Source of the DNA: a virus
DNA: 64,000 bases
Reading direction: 5' to 3' (one strand)
Virus record (IMG/VR): IMGVR_UViG_3300035698_011578
Location: 1 to 64,000 of that record
Position 1 is the first letter of the stretch. Each line of letters begins with the position of its first letter. Below, one piece after another: positions 10,403 to 20,528 of this stretch. Both the position numbers and the translations under genes were made by a program. The notes under the pieces are model-generated. The model had not been told where the DNA came from. It saw only the letters and a program-made list of their open reading frames with translations, and searched no databases.

Positions 10403-10909
10403 CTAAATCGATATCAAAAGGATGACCAAACCAATTATCACACCACCACCGACGACACCACCAATTATGGTTTTCTTTTTTAAGTCATTCATCTTATCAA
10501 TATTCAATTGTATTTCTTCATCTTTATTTTTAAGCTGCTTATCATACAATACTTCATTAGTAATATAATCCGATATTTGTTTGTTTAGATTCTCAATTTG
10601 TTCCGCTTTAAGTGTGTTTGATTCGGTTAAATTATTTATCTGTATATCTTGTTTTGAGATTATCTCATTCTTTTCATTTATAACAGTTATACAAACCGAA
10701 TCCATATCTGTGTTAAGATTATTAGTTTTCTCTAACAGTTCTAATATATCTAATTTATTATCAATTATTCTAACTTGTTCTAAGGTAAACACCATTGTTT
10801 TATTACCGATTGAATCAGTTAATATCTTTGGGTAAGTTTCAATTTCTAACTGTGCAAATGTACAAACACTTATTAAAATGGATAGCGCTAATATTATAAT
10901 TTTTTTCAT
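10403..10909 (-). CDS. Signal peptide + coiled coil + C-terminal TM protein (possible lysis/spanin accessory)
   Basis: MKKIIILALSILISVCTFA signal; C-terminal hydrophobic GGVVGGGVIIGLVILL. Confidence 0.5.
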   Translation of the reverse strand: MKKIIILALSILISVCTFAQLEIETYPKILTDSIGNKTMVFTLEQVRIIDNKLDILELLEKTNNLNTDMDSVCITVINEKNEIISKQDIQINNLTESNTLKAEQIENLNKQISDYITNEVLYDKQLKNKDEEIQLNIDKMNDLKKKTIIGGVVGGGVIIGLVILLISI

Positions 10910-10911
10910 AG

Positions 10912-11334
10912 TTAAATTTTATTTTTTAATGATTCTAAAAGCTCCTCTTCTGTTTTATATGGTGGATCATTCTTTAACTTCTCAATTTTCAACTGCAACT
11001 CTTCCAGTTCATTTTTCAATTTATTCAATTCTTTCATAGATTCGTATGCCTTATCTTTGTTTTTCTTGATATCTTTATTCAAATTATCTATCTTTATTTG
11101 TAATAAACTATCTAACCTGGCTATACTATCATATTTGAATTCTAATACTACTAAGTTTTTTTGAATAGAATCCCTGCTATTTTCTAATAATTCATTCTCA
11201 TCATGTAATTCACCTATTCTTGTCTTATAGTCTTTATTATCGTCATATGTAAAGTACCATTTAAACCCAACTAAGAGCAACAATCCAAATAACACAAGCA
11301 TTACTATTGTTTTAAAATCTAATCTTTTTTTCAT
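10912..11334 (-). CDS. N-terminal TM + coiled coil protein (i-spanin-like topology)
   Basis: Single N-terminal TM followed by long heptad region. Confidence 0.5.
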   Translation of the reverse strand: MKKRLDFKTIVMLVLFGLLLLVGFKWYFTYDDNKDYKTRIGELHDENELLENSRDSIQKNLVVLEFKYDSIARLDSLLQIKIDNLNKDIKKNKDKAYESMKELNKLKNELEELQLKIEKLKNDPPYKTEEELLESLKNKI

Positions 11335-11392
11335 AATTGCTTAAATATTTTATTTATATATTAAAAAAATTGTTTTTATAACAGAAAATCAC

Positions 11393-11400
11393 TATATTTG
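11393..11400 (+). promoter_or_regulatory. Bacteroidota-type -7 promoter element
   Basis: TATATTTG (TAnnTTTG) upstream of 11425. Confidence 0.6.
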
Positions 11401-11424
11401 TTAATTAAATTTAATAAATAAGAT

Positions 11425-11994
11425 ATGTATAAAACAGTATATTCATTTGATTTTGATGGCACTTTATGCCATACACCAACACCTGAAGTTGGTAGAGATG
11501 CCTGGAAAAGAGAAACAGGTTTCAATTTCCCACACACTGGGTGGTGGGGAAAAGCAGAGAGCATTGATCCTGATGTATTTTATGTACCTGTGAATGAGTG
11601 GGTTTATAGAAAATATTTAGAAGCTAGTCAAGATGAAGATGGTGCTAAAATTTTAGCAACTGGTAGATTGAATAAGGTTCCTGATATGAGAAAACATGTT
11701 AGTAGTATATTGCGAGACCATAATTTAGAATTTGATGAAATAATGATAATTCCTGGTAATGATAGATATCCTGAAAATGGTACTGATGGACTCTATCTTT
11801 GTTGGGGTGGTGGAACATATGAATTTAAAATTAGATTATTCGAACAATTAATAAAAGAAAGTGGATGTGAACACTTTATTATGTATGATGATAGGTACGA
11901 ACATATTGTAAGATTTTGTGAATGGGCAAAAGAACAAGACTGTAAAATAACGGTTGTTGATATTATACATAAGAATGAGAAAACTTTCAATTAA
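11425..11994 (+). CDS. HAD-family phosphatase (Swiss-army-knife RNA-repair-like HAD)
   Basis: FDFDGTL, WW..ES, LATGR, K, MYDDR. Confidence 0.75.
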   Translation: MYKTVYSFDFDGTLCHTPTPEVGRDAWKRETGFNFPHTGWWGKAESIDPDVFYVPVNEWVYRKYLEASQDEDGAKILATGRLNKVPDMRKHVSSILRDHNLEFDEIMIIPGNDRYPENGTDGLYLCWGGGTYEFKIRLFEQLIKESGCEHFIMYDDRYEHIVRFCEWAKEQDCKITVVDIIHKNEKTFN

Positions 11995-12011
11995 TAAAAT
12001 TATATAATAAT

Positions 12012-12290
12012 ATGACAGAAACAGAGAAGAAATCAAGCACACTGGTAAAAGAGATACTCTCTAAGCCTTATAGATTAACATTGCATAACGATGACCACAA
12101 TACTTTTGATTGGGTTATTAAATGTCTAATAGATATATGTAGCCATGAAGTTGAACAAGCTAATCAATGTGCACATTTAGTACATTATAAAGGTAAATGT
12201 GATGTTAAATATGGTAACTATGAATTAATATCTGATATGAAAACTAAAATGGATAACTTAGGATTATTAGCAACAATTGAGGTTAATTAA
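12012..12290 (+). CDS. clpS: Clp protease adaptor ClpS
   Basis: LHNDDHNTFDWV..QA.QCAHLVHYKGKC.VK. Confidence 0.9.
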   Translation: MTETEKKSSTLVKEILSKPYRLTLHNDDHNTFDWVIKCLIDICSHEVEQANQCAHLVHYKGKCDVKYGNYELISDMKTKMDNLGLLATIEVN

Positions 12291-12595
12291 TCAGAAAGAG
12301 GATTAGACTTACCAAAGCCATCTTCTTTTTTATTAGAGGCATCATTTAATTTTTCAAGTTCTTCCTGTACTCTTTTAATCTCATCTTGAACTTTACTCAA
12401 CTCATCTTGTAGTTTCTTCTCTCTGGCTTCTTCATCTTTCAGCTCCTTTTCTTTCTCTTTTATAAAAGTTTCTAATTCATCAATGCGACCTTCTATAAAT
12501 TCTTTTGAGTTATGTCTTAAATTACTCTTTAGCCAATCATGAGGTAAATCTACTACAATTTCTTCATTGAATTTTCCCCAATTTTTAATCTCCAT
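12287..12595 (-). CDS. Coiled-coil hypothetical protein
   Basis: ORF, MEIKNWGKFNEE. Confidence 0.65.
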   Translation of the reverse strand: MEIKNWGKFNEEIVVDLPHDWLKSNLRHNSKEFIEGRIDELETFIKEKEKELKDEEAREKKLQDELSKVQDEIKRVQEELEKLNDASNKKEDGFGKSNPLSD

Positions 12596-12607
12596 AAATC
12601 TATATAT

Positions 12608-15600
12608 TTATTTTAGAAACCAGTTTTTACTTATGTTACTCTCAGTTCTATAGCTAGATAAATGTTTTCTTCTAATATTTAATACTTGTGTGTAATCAAC
12701 CGCTTCAAAATAATCTGATTTTTTAAGACAATTTTCGATATATGATTTAATTTCACCACTCAACTCTTTATTCATATATTCTTCTACTAATTCTTTAAAT
12801 TCATTCTTTTTGAAAATAGAAGTAGCATTAACAATAGTCATAACACAATTATGTACAACAATACCATTGGCTATATAGCTATTATCATCCTCAACTTCTA
12901 AATTATATGTCAATCCTTTATAGTTATATTTAACATAACTATCGAAGGTAGATGATATTTCAAAATCAGATATTCTTTTCAAACTAGAAGATGTCGGGCG
13001 TACATCATAAACAGTTACCCAATACTGATCTTTACACTTAACCTCATATCTGTGTCTTTTGTTTTTATTTATTAAACTATGTTTACCAATTGATAAAGCA
13101 ATATCTCGCATAGATAGTGCTAATTGTAAACTAGTAGTACACCCAATATTACAACTGGATCTATTATTTTTACTCCTTTTGAACCATCCATCACCGAGTA
13201 ACCAATATTCCAATGTATAGCTTAAATCATTGGCTAGACTATGACCATAAGTTGGGAATATTTTTTCCTTTGTTTCTGTATCATAACATTGAATTAATAA
13301 CTCGAATAGTGTTTTGTTATAAACTATTATAACACACCCATTATCACTACGACTTTCTTCAAATAAATTCAAACCTAAAGAATTAAGATAACCCTTATAC
13401 CAACCTATTAATTCATTTTGATTTTTATTAAAAGCCATTGATATTCTATATGTTGTATTATTAGGTTTATAACAATTACCATCCGCTAAAAATAAACCTA
13501 AAAATTTAGCAAATTCTTCATCAAATATAATTTGTTTTATTTTAATATTACTTTCTGCAAAATTTTTATCTCTTTCAAATAATTTATTATAATTAATAAC
13601 TTTTTGTGTATTAATATTATATTTTTCTATTATATTCACACACCTTTGTTTTTTTGATATTTTACCTGGTAAAACCCATTTCCTTATTGATAAATTATTA
13701 TAATTACCGGTTTTATAAACTTTTCTTGAATAATTATTAGATGCAATATAAAGCGGGTGATTGTATGTTAAATTTAGATTAGGTTGTCCTTTAAACTTCA
13801 CATCAAACATATCACCATCAAATTCCTTAATACAAATATTAGTAATTTTTTTATAGTTACCTAGATGTGTTAAGACGAAATCACCTATTTTTAAATCTTT
13901 TATTTTCCTATAACCAAATTCGGTTTTTATAAATGTATCTGGTAATAAACAATCATCATGACCAGCATCAGCAGCATATCTAACATTCCCGGCATTAGTT
14001 ACATGCTTAACAAATGTTGTTATTTCATCTATAGTCTCATGATTTGTTATGTGGAAGTTTTTCTTTGACATTAAATCTTGATAATCTTTTACTAATAGGT
14101 TTTTATTCTCACCTACTTTCAAACCAATTTTTTCTTCTTTTGCATCAACTCTGTGTTTATATCTAACAAAAACAGAAGAACCATAATTATTCTTACCATC
14201 AAATACGTGAGGCATCTCTGATAATAAAGTACCACCATAATTATTTAACTCTAGAACTATTTTTACATTATCTGGGTTAAAATATTCAAATGCTAAAATA
14301 TATAATAGTTCTGCTATTTGTTTTAAAGATGCAATATTACACCTATATATACCCACCTGTTCTAAAGTAAAGAAATCGACTATTGAATCATAATTATCTT
14401 TTTGTTGTTCAATCGTCTCAATCGATTTGTGACCAAGTTTAAATATATTTATAATCGAATAATCCTGACCTAACCCTTCGGATAAATCAACAGATAATAT
14501 AATTTTATAATCTTTCCTTCTCATTGGTAAGAAGGAATCATTATCTATCCATTTTAAGTCTTCATATGAGAATTTAAGCTTTTCAAACTCTCTCAATTCT
14601 TCATATATGTAATTTTCTTTTTGTTTTAATAGTCCATTAATTATACCCTCATTCAATAGTGATTTACTAGAGTTGATGAATCTTAACCCATACTCTTGAT
14701 TAAATGCGTCTTCACCACCAATATCTTTGATAGCTTCATCTTTCCAAGTAGTTACTTCTGATATTGTTTGTAATGAAATCTCTTCACCTTTATCATTTAA
14801 AATATTTAACGATCTAATATCCTCGTTACTACACTTATCATTATTATCTACATGTATCACATACTTCTGTTTATCAACATCCCATTTCATTTCAATTTCG
14901 GTATCTGACTCCCATTTCTTTTTAACTTCATCTAATACATACTCTTTAGTGATACCATTCTCATATAATCTATGATCGTTCAATCTTAAATAGGTTACAA
15001 ATCTACCAGGAACTTCGTGCCAGTAAACTCGCATCGCTTTGTAGTTGTTTTTTGCAGGGTCACCATCTGGTCTTTCAGCACTCATTAAAAGTTTATGAAA
15101 CAAGTTCATACCATTTGGGGTTGATGTTATAATAATCTTTGAGTTCTTTATCGCAGATACTGTTGGGAAAACAGCTGTATAATAAGGTTCGATTATATTT
15201 GATGGTATGTGTGCAAATTCATCTAAGTATAATAAGTCAATAGTAAAACCAATCGCAGGAGTCTTAGTTCTTGCAGATGTTTTAATTCTACAACCATTTT
15301 CAAAGGTTAGCGATTTTTGATTCCATGTTTTTATACCAGGTTTTAAAAAGAATGGTAATAAACTATAAATAGATTTGATTTTATCAACAATCTCAATAGT
15401 AGTATCACGAATATTCGCAACAATCATAACATTCTTATCATTATTGAATAATAATGTGTGTAACATGAATATTGAAGCAGATATTGTATTATGTGATAAT
15501 ATACCATTTGTGTATAATCTGTGATTATCATGATTTATTGTCGTATCAAACATAGAGGATTTAAATCTACTCTCTAATACCAATCTAACTTTTTCTAATC

Positions 15601-15931
15601 CATTTCTTGTTTGTATCTTCTGACCAATCTTTAAATCTTTAACAAAAACCTCATTTAAGTTTTCATCGAATATAATATGATTATCCGCACATTCTAATTT
15701 AAAGTTTTCAGTGATTAAATGATAGTGTGTATAAGGTTGTGTTATGTGTAAATTTGATATTGTTTCATAGCCAGTGTCGGTTTCGGCTTTAATATTTAAT
15801 AATGATATAGTATTTAATATTTTCTTAGAGATATCATCTTCATCTAAACTTAGATTTTTATATTCATAATTTTCTATTTTTTGAATAAAATATCTTAATA
15901 TTAAAGATAATTTTCTTTTTAAAAATTGCAT
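12608..15931 (-). CDS. terL: Terminase large subunit, C-terminal part (starts with split-intein C fragment, contains a second full intein)
   Basis: Walker B LLYLDEFAHI, ITSTPNG, FNQEY, SVDLSEGLGQDYS, GHDD. Confidence 0.93.
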   Translation of the reverse strand: MQFLKRKLSLILRYFIQKIENYEYKNLSLDEDDISKKILNTISLLNIKAETDTGYETISNLHITQPYTHYHLITENFKLECADNHIIFDENLNEVFVKDLKIGQKIQTRNGLEKVRLVLESRFKSSMFDTTINHDNHRLYTNGILSHNTISASIFMLHTLLFNNDKNVMIVANIRDTTIEIVDKIKSIYSLLPFFLKPGIKTWNQKSLTFENGCRIKTSARTKTPAIGFTIDLLYLDEFAHIPSNIIEPYYTAVFPTVSAIKNSKIIITSTPNGMNLFHKLLMSAERPDGDPAKNNYKAMRVYWHEVPGRFVTYLRLNDHRLYENGITKEYVLDEVKKKWESDTEIEMKWDVDKQKYVIHVDNNDKCSNEDIRSLNILNDKGEEISLQTISEVTTWKDEAIKDIGGEDAFNQEYGLRFINSSKSLLNEGIINGLLKQKENYIYEELREFEKLKFSYEDLKWIDNDSFLPMRRKDYKIILSVDLSEGLGQDYSIINIFKLGHKSIETIEQQKDNYDSIVDFFTLEQVGIYRCNIASLKQIAELLYILAFEYFNPDNVKIVLELNNYGGTLLSEMPHVFDGKNNYGSSVFVRYKHRVDAKEEKIGLKVGENKNLLVKDYQDLMSKKNFHITNHETIDEITTFVKHVTNAGNVRYAADAGHDDCLLPDTFIKTEFGYRKIKDLKIGDFVLTHLGNYKKITNICIKEFDGDMFDVKFKGQPNLNLTYNHPLYIASNNYSRKVYKTGNYNNLSIRKWVLPGKISKKQRCVNIIEKYNINTQKVINYNKLFERDKNFAESNIKIKQIIFDEEFAKFLGLFLADGNCYKPNNTTYRISMAFNKNQNELIGWYKGYLNSLGLNLFEESRSDNGCVIIVYNKTLFELLIQCYDTETKEKIFPTYGHSLANDLSYTLEYWLLGDGWFKRSKNNRSSCNIGCTTSLQLALSMRDIALSIGKHSLINKNKRHRYEVKCKDQYWVTVYDVRPTSSSLKRISDFEISSTFDSYVKYNYKGLTYNLEVEDDNSYIANGIVVHNCVMTIVNATSIFKKNEFKELVEEYMNKELSGEIKSYIENCLKKSDYFEAVDYTQVLNIRRKHLSSYRTESNISKNWFLK
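12848..13951 (-). mobile_element. Contiguous intein (368 aa) with LAGLIDADG endonuclease in the TerL nuclease domain
   Basis: GHDD|CLLPDT ... TYNHP ... FLGLFLADG ... LLGDG ... YIANGIVVHN|C. Confidence 0.93.
15488..15931 (-). mobile_element. Split intein C fragment (148 aa)
   Basis: Block B LECADNHIIF, VKDLKIGQKI, LYTNGILSHN|T; no N-terminal Cys. Confidence 0.9.
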
Positions 15932-16093
15932 TTTAAATGTTTTTATTTATATGTATATATAAAGATACAGTCTCTATTGCGATTTGTGTCGAATTATTTT
16001 TTATATTAAAATGTGAAATTTACTCAAAAATAGACATTTGAATTAAAATTGAATTAAAATTATAATATATAAATTATAAAAAGATAGGGCAAT

Positions 16094-16390
16094 ATGAACA
16101 TTTTAGAACTTAAATATAACAGTAAATCCTATACAAATCCAAGACAAATAATTAAGATACTTGAAAATGAAAAGTTTTACTGGTTAATCGACTCAGAACT
16201 TAGCAACGCTAAGATAGAGATAAAAAATAACACTATTATATGGCATGAAGGTATTTATTTAGCAGGTGATTGGGAATATGGAATTTTCAAAAATGGCGGG
16301 TTTTATGGTAATTGGGTGAATGGAATTTTTGAAAATGGTACTTTCCAGGGCAAATGGATTAGCGGTATTAATCTATCAAAAAATAATTAA
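16094..16390 (+). CDS. Hypothetical protein with 5-residue G-x-[WF] repeats
   Basis: WHEGIYLAGDWEYGIFKNGGFYGNWVNGIFENGTF. Confidence 0.7.
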   Translation: MNILELKYNSKSYTNPRQIIKILENEKFYWLIDSELSNAKIEIKNNTIIWHEGIYLAGDWEYGIFKNGGFYGNWVNGIFENGTFQGKWISGINLSKNN

Positions 16391-16394
16391 CACG

Positions 16395-16859
16395 ATGAGA
16401 AAAAAGAAAACTTTATCAAAAGAAGAAACATTCTTACTAGAATTAGAATTAGTATATAGTGAAAATAAAGTTTTAGTTGTCGAGAATCAAGAAGGTTATA
16501 TAAGCTTTGAAACAATAAAAGAATCCACAATGGATTTAACAGAAGGTGTTTCAATACTTATAAACAAACTAGACAACGAAGATTCAATTTGGAATACAGA
16601 AATTAAAAAATTATATAGAATATCACCTGAGAAGACACTATATTGGTTAAGTGGTGGTGATGCAGAATGGGGGAAGATGACAAATTATAAGAAACCATGG
16701 TGTGAATGTATGAATATTTTTAAAGATGAGTTCGGAGATTCAATAATAGAAATTGCTGAAAATGCTTCCAAATTAAGTGATATTAGAAATTATTTTAAGA
16801 AATATTTAAATCTACCTGTATTATATGACTTTGCTTTAAGTAAAAACTTAATAAAATAG
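16395..16859 (+). CDS. Hypothetical protein
   Basis: Likely start MRKKK at 16395. Confidence 0.7.
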   Translation: MRKKKTLSKEETFLLELELVYSENKVLVVENQEGYISFETIKESTMDLTEGVSILINKLDNEDSIWNTEIKKLYRISPEKTLYWLSGGDAEWGKMTNYKKPWCECMNIFKDEFGDSIIEIAENASKLSDIRNYFKKYLNLPVLYDFALSKNLIK

Positions 16860-16883
16860 AATATATTTTTAATATATACTGAT

Positions 16884-17129
16884 ATGGAAGATGAATACAA
16901 AGAATATAGATTAGTCTGTAAAAACCCTTGGTGTAAAGCACAATTTATTTGTACTAACGAAGATGTTATTGAAAAAGACGGTAAGAAGATATACCCTAAA
17001 GAATGTAAAAAATGTAAGAGTTTTGATACAGAATTAAGTGGTGGAGTAACCTGGGAAGAAAGACATTATGAGGGTGACCCTTGGAAAGGCGCACACCAAA
17101 TAAGCTATAAAGTAACTAATTATAATTAA
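16884..17129 (+). CDS. Zinc-ribbon protein
   Basis: CKNPWC ... CKKC. Confidence 0.7.
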   Translation: MEDEYKEYRLVCKNPWCKAQFICTNEDVIEKDGKKIYPKECKKCKSFDTELSGGVTWEERHYEGDPWKGAHQISYKVTNYN

Positions 17130-17132
17130 ATT

Positions 17133-17996
17133 ATGAATGCACATTTTTTTGACATAGACGTATTGATGAAGATAGATAATAGTATTTGGATAATTTCTAA
17201 GTACAAACCATCTATACCTATTATTAAAATATCGAAATCTGAATTTAATTTGATTAAAAAAGGTATTTATAAGAAATTTAACTCACCTTTAGAATTAGAT
17301 AACCGTAAGTACTGGTTACCTGAAAATCTATTAAATCAATTAAAGATAAAGTGTAAGAAACACAAATGTGATATTACTGACCTATTGTTTTCTATGCAAG
17401 AGTTTGTTAATAAGGATGTTATTGATAATTTAGATTATGAAATTCAGACACAAAACTTCCAACACTTAAAAAACAGAACTGATGATATTTATGTTATATG
17501 TTCTAGAAAGAGTAAAAATAGCTATGAGTCTATAATTAAGAAACTTGAAAAGGAATTAGGTAAATTAGGTATAGAGATTAAGAAATTCTATTATTTATCC
17601 GAAACATTTTATAATAGAGATAAAGATAACATCTCATATAAGAAAGTTAAACTATTACTTCAACATCTAATGGGTTTGAAAACAGAATATGATAAATTCA
17701 CAGATGTAGAAATAACCAAATATGATAAGATATATTATTATGACGATGAACCAAATGCACTTACATTAGCATTGGACTCTAATATTATGTTTTCTAATCT
17801 TCTGAAAAATAGCGACGATGTTGTTAAAAAGCAAATAAAAGAAGTTATAAATTCAAATGATAATATCATAACAGTTAAGCAAGTAACACATAATAAATTT
17901 AATATTTTCAATGAAAAGGATGTTGTTATAAAATATAGCCACATAACCAAGACATTTGAAGGGTTTAAAAATAACAAAAATAATACAATTATATGA
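17133..17996 (+). CDS. HAD-like hypothetical protein
   Basis: FFDID, ICSR, K, YYYDDE. Confidence 0.55.
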   Translation: MNAHFFDIDVLMKIDNSIWIISKYKPSIPIIKISKSEFNLIKKGIYKKFNSPLELDNRKYWLPENLLNQLKIKCKKHKCDITDLLFSMQEFVNKDVIDNLDYEIQTQNFQHLKNRTDDIYVICSRKSKNSYESIIKKLEKELGKLGIEIKKFYYLSETFYNRDKDNISYKKVKLLLQHLMGLKTEYDKFTDVEITKYDKIYYYDDEPNALTLALDSNIMFSNLLKNSDDVVKKQIKEVINSNDNIITVKQVTHNKFNIFNEKDVVIKYSHITKTFEGFKNNKNNTII

Positions 17997-18244
17997 AACA
18001 CGTAAAAAAAGTAAATGAATTTTTTGGTGGAGGAGAAAGAGCCGCACAGGATTTGATAAATAGAAAACACCAATCTTTATTAGAAACATTGAGTACTTGG
18101 GAGAAACCATATACAGAGGAACAAATGATTAAGATAGAGAGAATCTCACATTATATAATGGAGGGCGTCGATTTAGATTCTGTCTATAGTGATTATAAAT
18201 TGAGTAAAAAGATATCTAAAAAGACTGGAAGACAAAATTGGTAA
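17993..18244 (+). CDS. Hypothetical protein
   Basis: MKHVKKVNEF N-terminus. Confidence 0.65.
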   Translation: MKHVKKVNEFFGGGERAAQDLINRKHQSLLETLSTWEKPYTEEQMIKIERISHYIMEGVDLDSVYSDYKLSKKISKKTGRQNW

Positions 18245-18248
18245 CAAT

Positions 18249-18791
18249 ATGAAATATATTACTTTATACGAAAACTACAACCCTAGCATTGTATCTGAGA
18301 TAAGAAACTGTTTCTTACCTGTTACTGATTTTTCTGATATTGTTATTAAAATGCCAAAAGATAGTAAACACCTTGATAAATGGGGTCGTGGTCAAAGACC
18401 AAAAGTTAACCCAAATTATTATAACATCAGAATATCATTTAATAATACGGATGATGATGTAACAACTCGCAAAATAACAACAGATGGGGTTGAACATGAT
18501 TCATTTCATTATAGGAAGATAAAAAATTCTACTGAATTACACGAAGAAATAATGGAAGCAATTGAAAAATGTATTAATTATATTGGGTTAGAATTAGATA
18601 GAATTGACTTTAGATGGGTTGCTATTGGTGAATTTGATGAGAGATTAGGACATATACCACAGGGGATTTTGACTAAAATTTTCAGAGGACAACCACACCA
18701 TAAACATGATAATATTGATAAATTTGATAGTTTTTATGAAGAAAGGTGTGAGTTAGTTAGATTTATCGAACTAAGTTTTAATATTCAATAA
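18249..18791 (+). CDS. Hypothetical protein
   Basis: MKYITLYENY N-terminus. Confidence 0.7.
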   Translation: MKYITLYENYNPSIVSEIRNCFLPVTDFSDIVIKMPKDSKHLDKWGRGQRPKVNPNYYNIRISFNNTDDDVTTRKITTDGVEHDSFHYRKIKNSTELHEEIMEAIEKCINYIGLELDRIDFRWVAIGEFDERLGHIPQGILTKIFRGQPHHKHDNIDKFDSFYEERCELVRFIELSFNIQ

Positions 18792-19296
18792 TAAATAACC
18801 AATCGTATAATTTAATCTTAATCTTTTCTAATAAAGTTAGCTTTCTTTCTTTTGCTAACATATTATAATATAGCTTACCGACTCTAATATCATATTGATT
18901 ACCATCTTTTTCAATTGAAAAAATTGTATTGAATGAGAAGCATTTACCAACCTGTCTAGAAGCCATTAAGATATTAAACCTATTCTGAATAAAATTATCC
19001 ATCATAATTCCTTGATAATCACGTAACTCTATATTATCGATAGAACCATCTTCTGTTTTTACTTGGCAATATTTTTCAGTAAAGTAATGAACATCTAATG
19101 CACATTTGATATATTCTTGTTGTTCTTCTTCTGTCATTTTAAAAATCACACCTGATCTTCTGTTACCTACCTCACTCTTACGCCATGGGTTTTGATACCT
19201 TTTCAATACAACACCATCATTTATCATATCAGTGTGTTCATTTACTAATTTAGTTGTGAAGACCATTTGTCTTTCATTTTGCTTTTTCTTTGCCAT
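18778..19296 (-). CDS. terL: Terminase large subunit, N-terminal part fused to split-intein N fragment
   Basis: Start MAKKKQ at 19296; EYIKCALDVHYF.EKY, LRDYQ, NRFNILMASRQVGK then CFSFNT. Confidence 0.92.
   Translation of the reverse strand: MAKKKQNERQMVFTTKLVNEHTDMINDGVVLKRYQNPWRKSEVGNRRSGVIFKMTEEEQQEYIKCALDVHYFTEKYCQVKTEDGSIDNIELRDYQGIMMDNFIQNRFNILMASRQVGKCFSFNTIFSIEKDGNQYDIRVGKLYYNMLAKERKLTLLEKIKIKLYDWLFIIEY
18781..18942 (-). mobile_element. Split intein N fragment (54 aa)
   Basis: Cys1 directly after the Walker A Lys; block A-like CFSFNTIFSI..DG...I.VG.LY. Confidence 0.85.
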
Positions 19297-19338
19297 CGGA
19301 AGAATATTTTTTAATATATAGTAAAAAACCGAGACTCT

Positions 19339-19956
19339 ATGGCTAAAATAGACAAAGAACGAAAGAAGATACAAGATGAGTTTGACCAAATACAATCAGA
19401 GAGTGGTGTGTTTGATATATCAAATCACTTAGCTAAGATAGAAGATTTACCTGATTTGGGTGAAATTGAAATATATGATTATGATTCAGATATGACCGTT
19501 GTTAGAAATAAATCAATGGAAGTATTAGAAACCTTAGTAGATTTATTTTTAGGTGATGTTCCACAACTGAAAGAGCACCCATATATTAAGACTAAGATGG
19601 AAGAAGATGCTATGGTATATGCAGAGGGTTTATTTTTAGCTAAAATGACAAGAAAGAATTTTCTTAACCAACTTAGACAAGTAGATAATGGAGATAATTC
19701 TGCTAGAATGCATGAGGTTGTTAACCAAACGATTGGACAAATAAGAGAAAACTCTAAATTTCTTTCCGGTCAACGATCAGAATTAGAGAAGTTTTATAAG
19801 AATCTCAGAAATGATATGGGTTATAATGAAATAGAACCGGAGAGGTCAATAGAAGAAATTGACGATGAAGAAGGATCAGTAACCGATAATAGAAAATTAA
19901 ACGATTTAATTAAAGATGCTGTCATGAAAAGTGATGATAAAAATAAAAAAGGATAA
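19339..19956 (+). CDS. Probable terminase small subunit (gp16-like)
   Basis: SARMHEVVNQTIGQI resembles the gp16 PR.xEV motif; divergent from TerL-N. Confidence 0.55.
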   Translation: MAKIDKERKKIQDEFDQIQSESGVFDISNHLAKIEDLPDLGEIEIYDYDSDMTVVRNKSMEVLETLVDLFLGDVPQLKEHPYIKTKMEEDAMVYAEGLFLAKMTRKNFLNQLRQVDNGDNSARMHEVVNQTIGQIRENSKFLSGQRSELEKFYKNLRNDMGYNEIEPERSIEEIDDEEGSVTDNRKLNDLIKDAVMKSDDKNKKG

Positions 19957-19972
19957 CAATGTTATCCTTTTT
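19946..19972. terminator. Bidirectional intrinsic terminator
   Basis: aaaaaggataaca-a-tgttatccttttt between convergent genes. Confidence 0.65.
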
Positions 19973-19973
19973 C

Positions 19974-20321
19974 TTATTTTTTGAGAGTTTTTAAGTGTGC
20001 TTTTTCACCATCACTTAAAAATTCGTAAGTTACTTCTGCTATTTTTTCAAGAATCACATCAGTATCATATAATGCATCAGTGTTAATTCTGTAAGTTTCA
20101 ATTGATTTGAAAACTTCTCTAGAACCATCAGTGAAATGTAATTCATCAGAACCCTTTAATGTATATAAAAATATTTTAAATGTGTCCATATCAATGTACA
20201 TTTTTTCAATGTTTTCTTCATCTCTGTTTCTAATTAGATAATCAAAAGAAATTTTTAAATCAGAAGCAATTGCTTTAAGTTCAAATTCAGATATTGTTAA
20301 GTCTATTAGTATATTTCTCAT
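19974..20321 (-). CDS. Hypothetical protein
   Basis: ORF behind Bacteroidota-type promoter. Confidence 0.65.
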   Translation of the reverse strand: MRNILIDLTISEFELKAIASDLKISFDYLIRNRDEENIEKMYIDMDTFKIFLYTLKGSDELHFTDGSREVFKSIETYRINTDALYDTDVILEKIAEVTYEFLSDGEKAHLKTLKK

Positions 20322-20439
20322 AGTGGTATAGTTTTTAAGTTGTTTTTATATATACTACAATATACGGAATTTTTTTGAATTATGCAAATTTTTAAGCACT
20401 TATTTTCCATTTATTTTCATATTTTTTCAATAACCTATA

Positions 20440-20471
20440 CAAATATAGTGATTTTTATTGACATTACCAAA
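20440..20471 (-). promoter_or_regulatory. Bacteroidota-type promoter (-33 TTTG, -7 TATATTTG, 20-nt spacer)
   Basis: caaatata 20440-47 and caaa 20468-71 on the plus strand. Confidence 0.65.
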
Positions 20472-20528
20472 TTTTACAAAAATAGATTCTTTTTATTTAA
20501 TATATAATAAAAAATATACTAGATAAAT

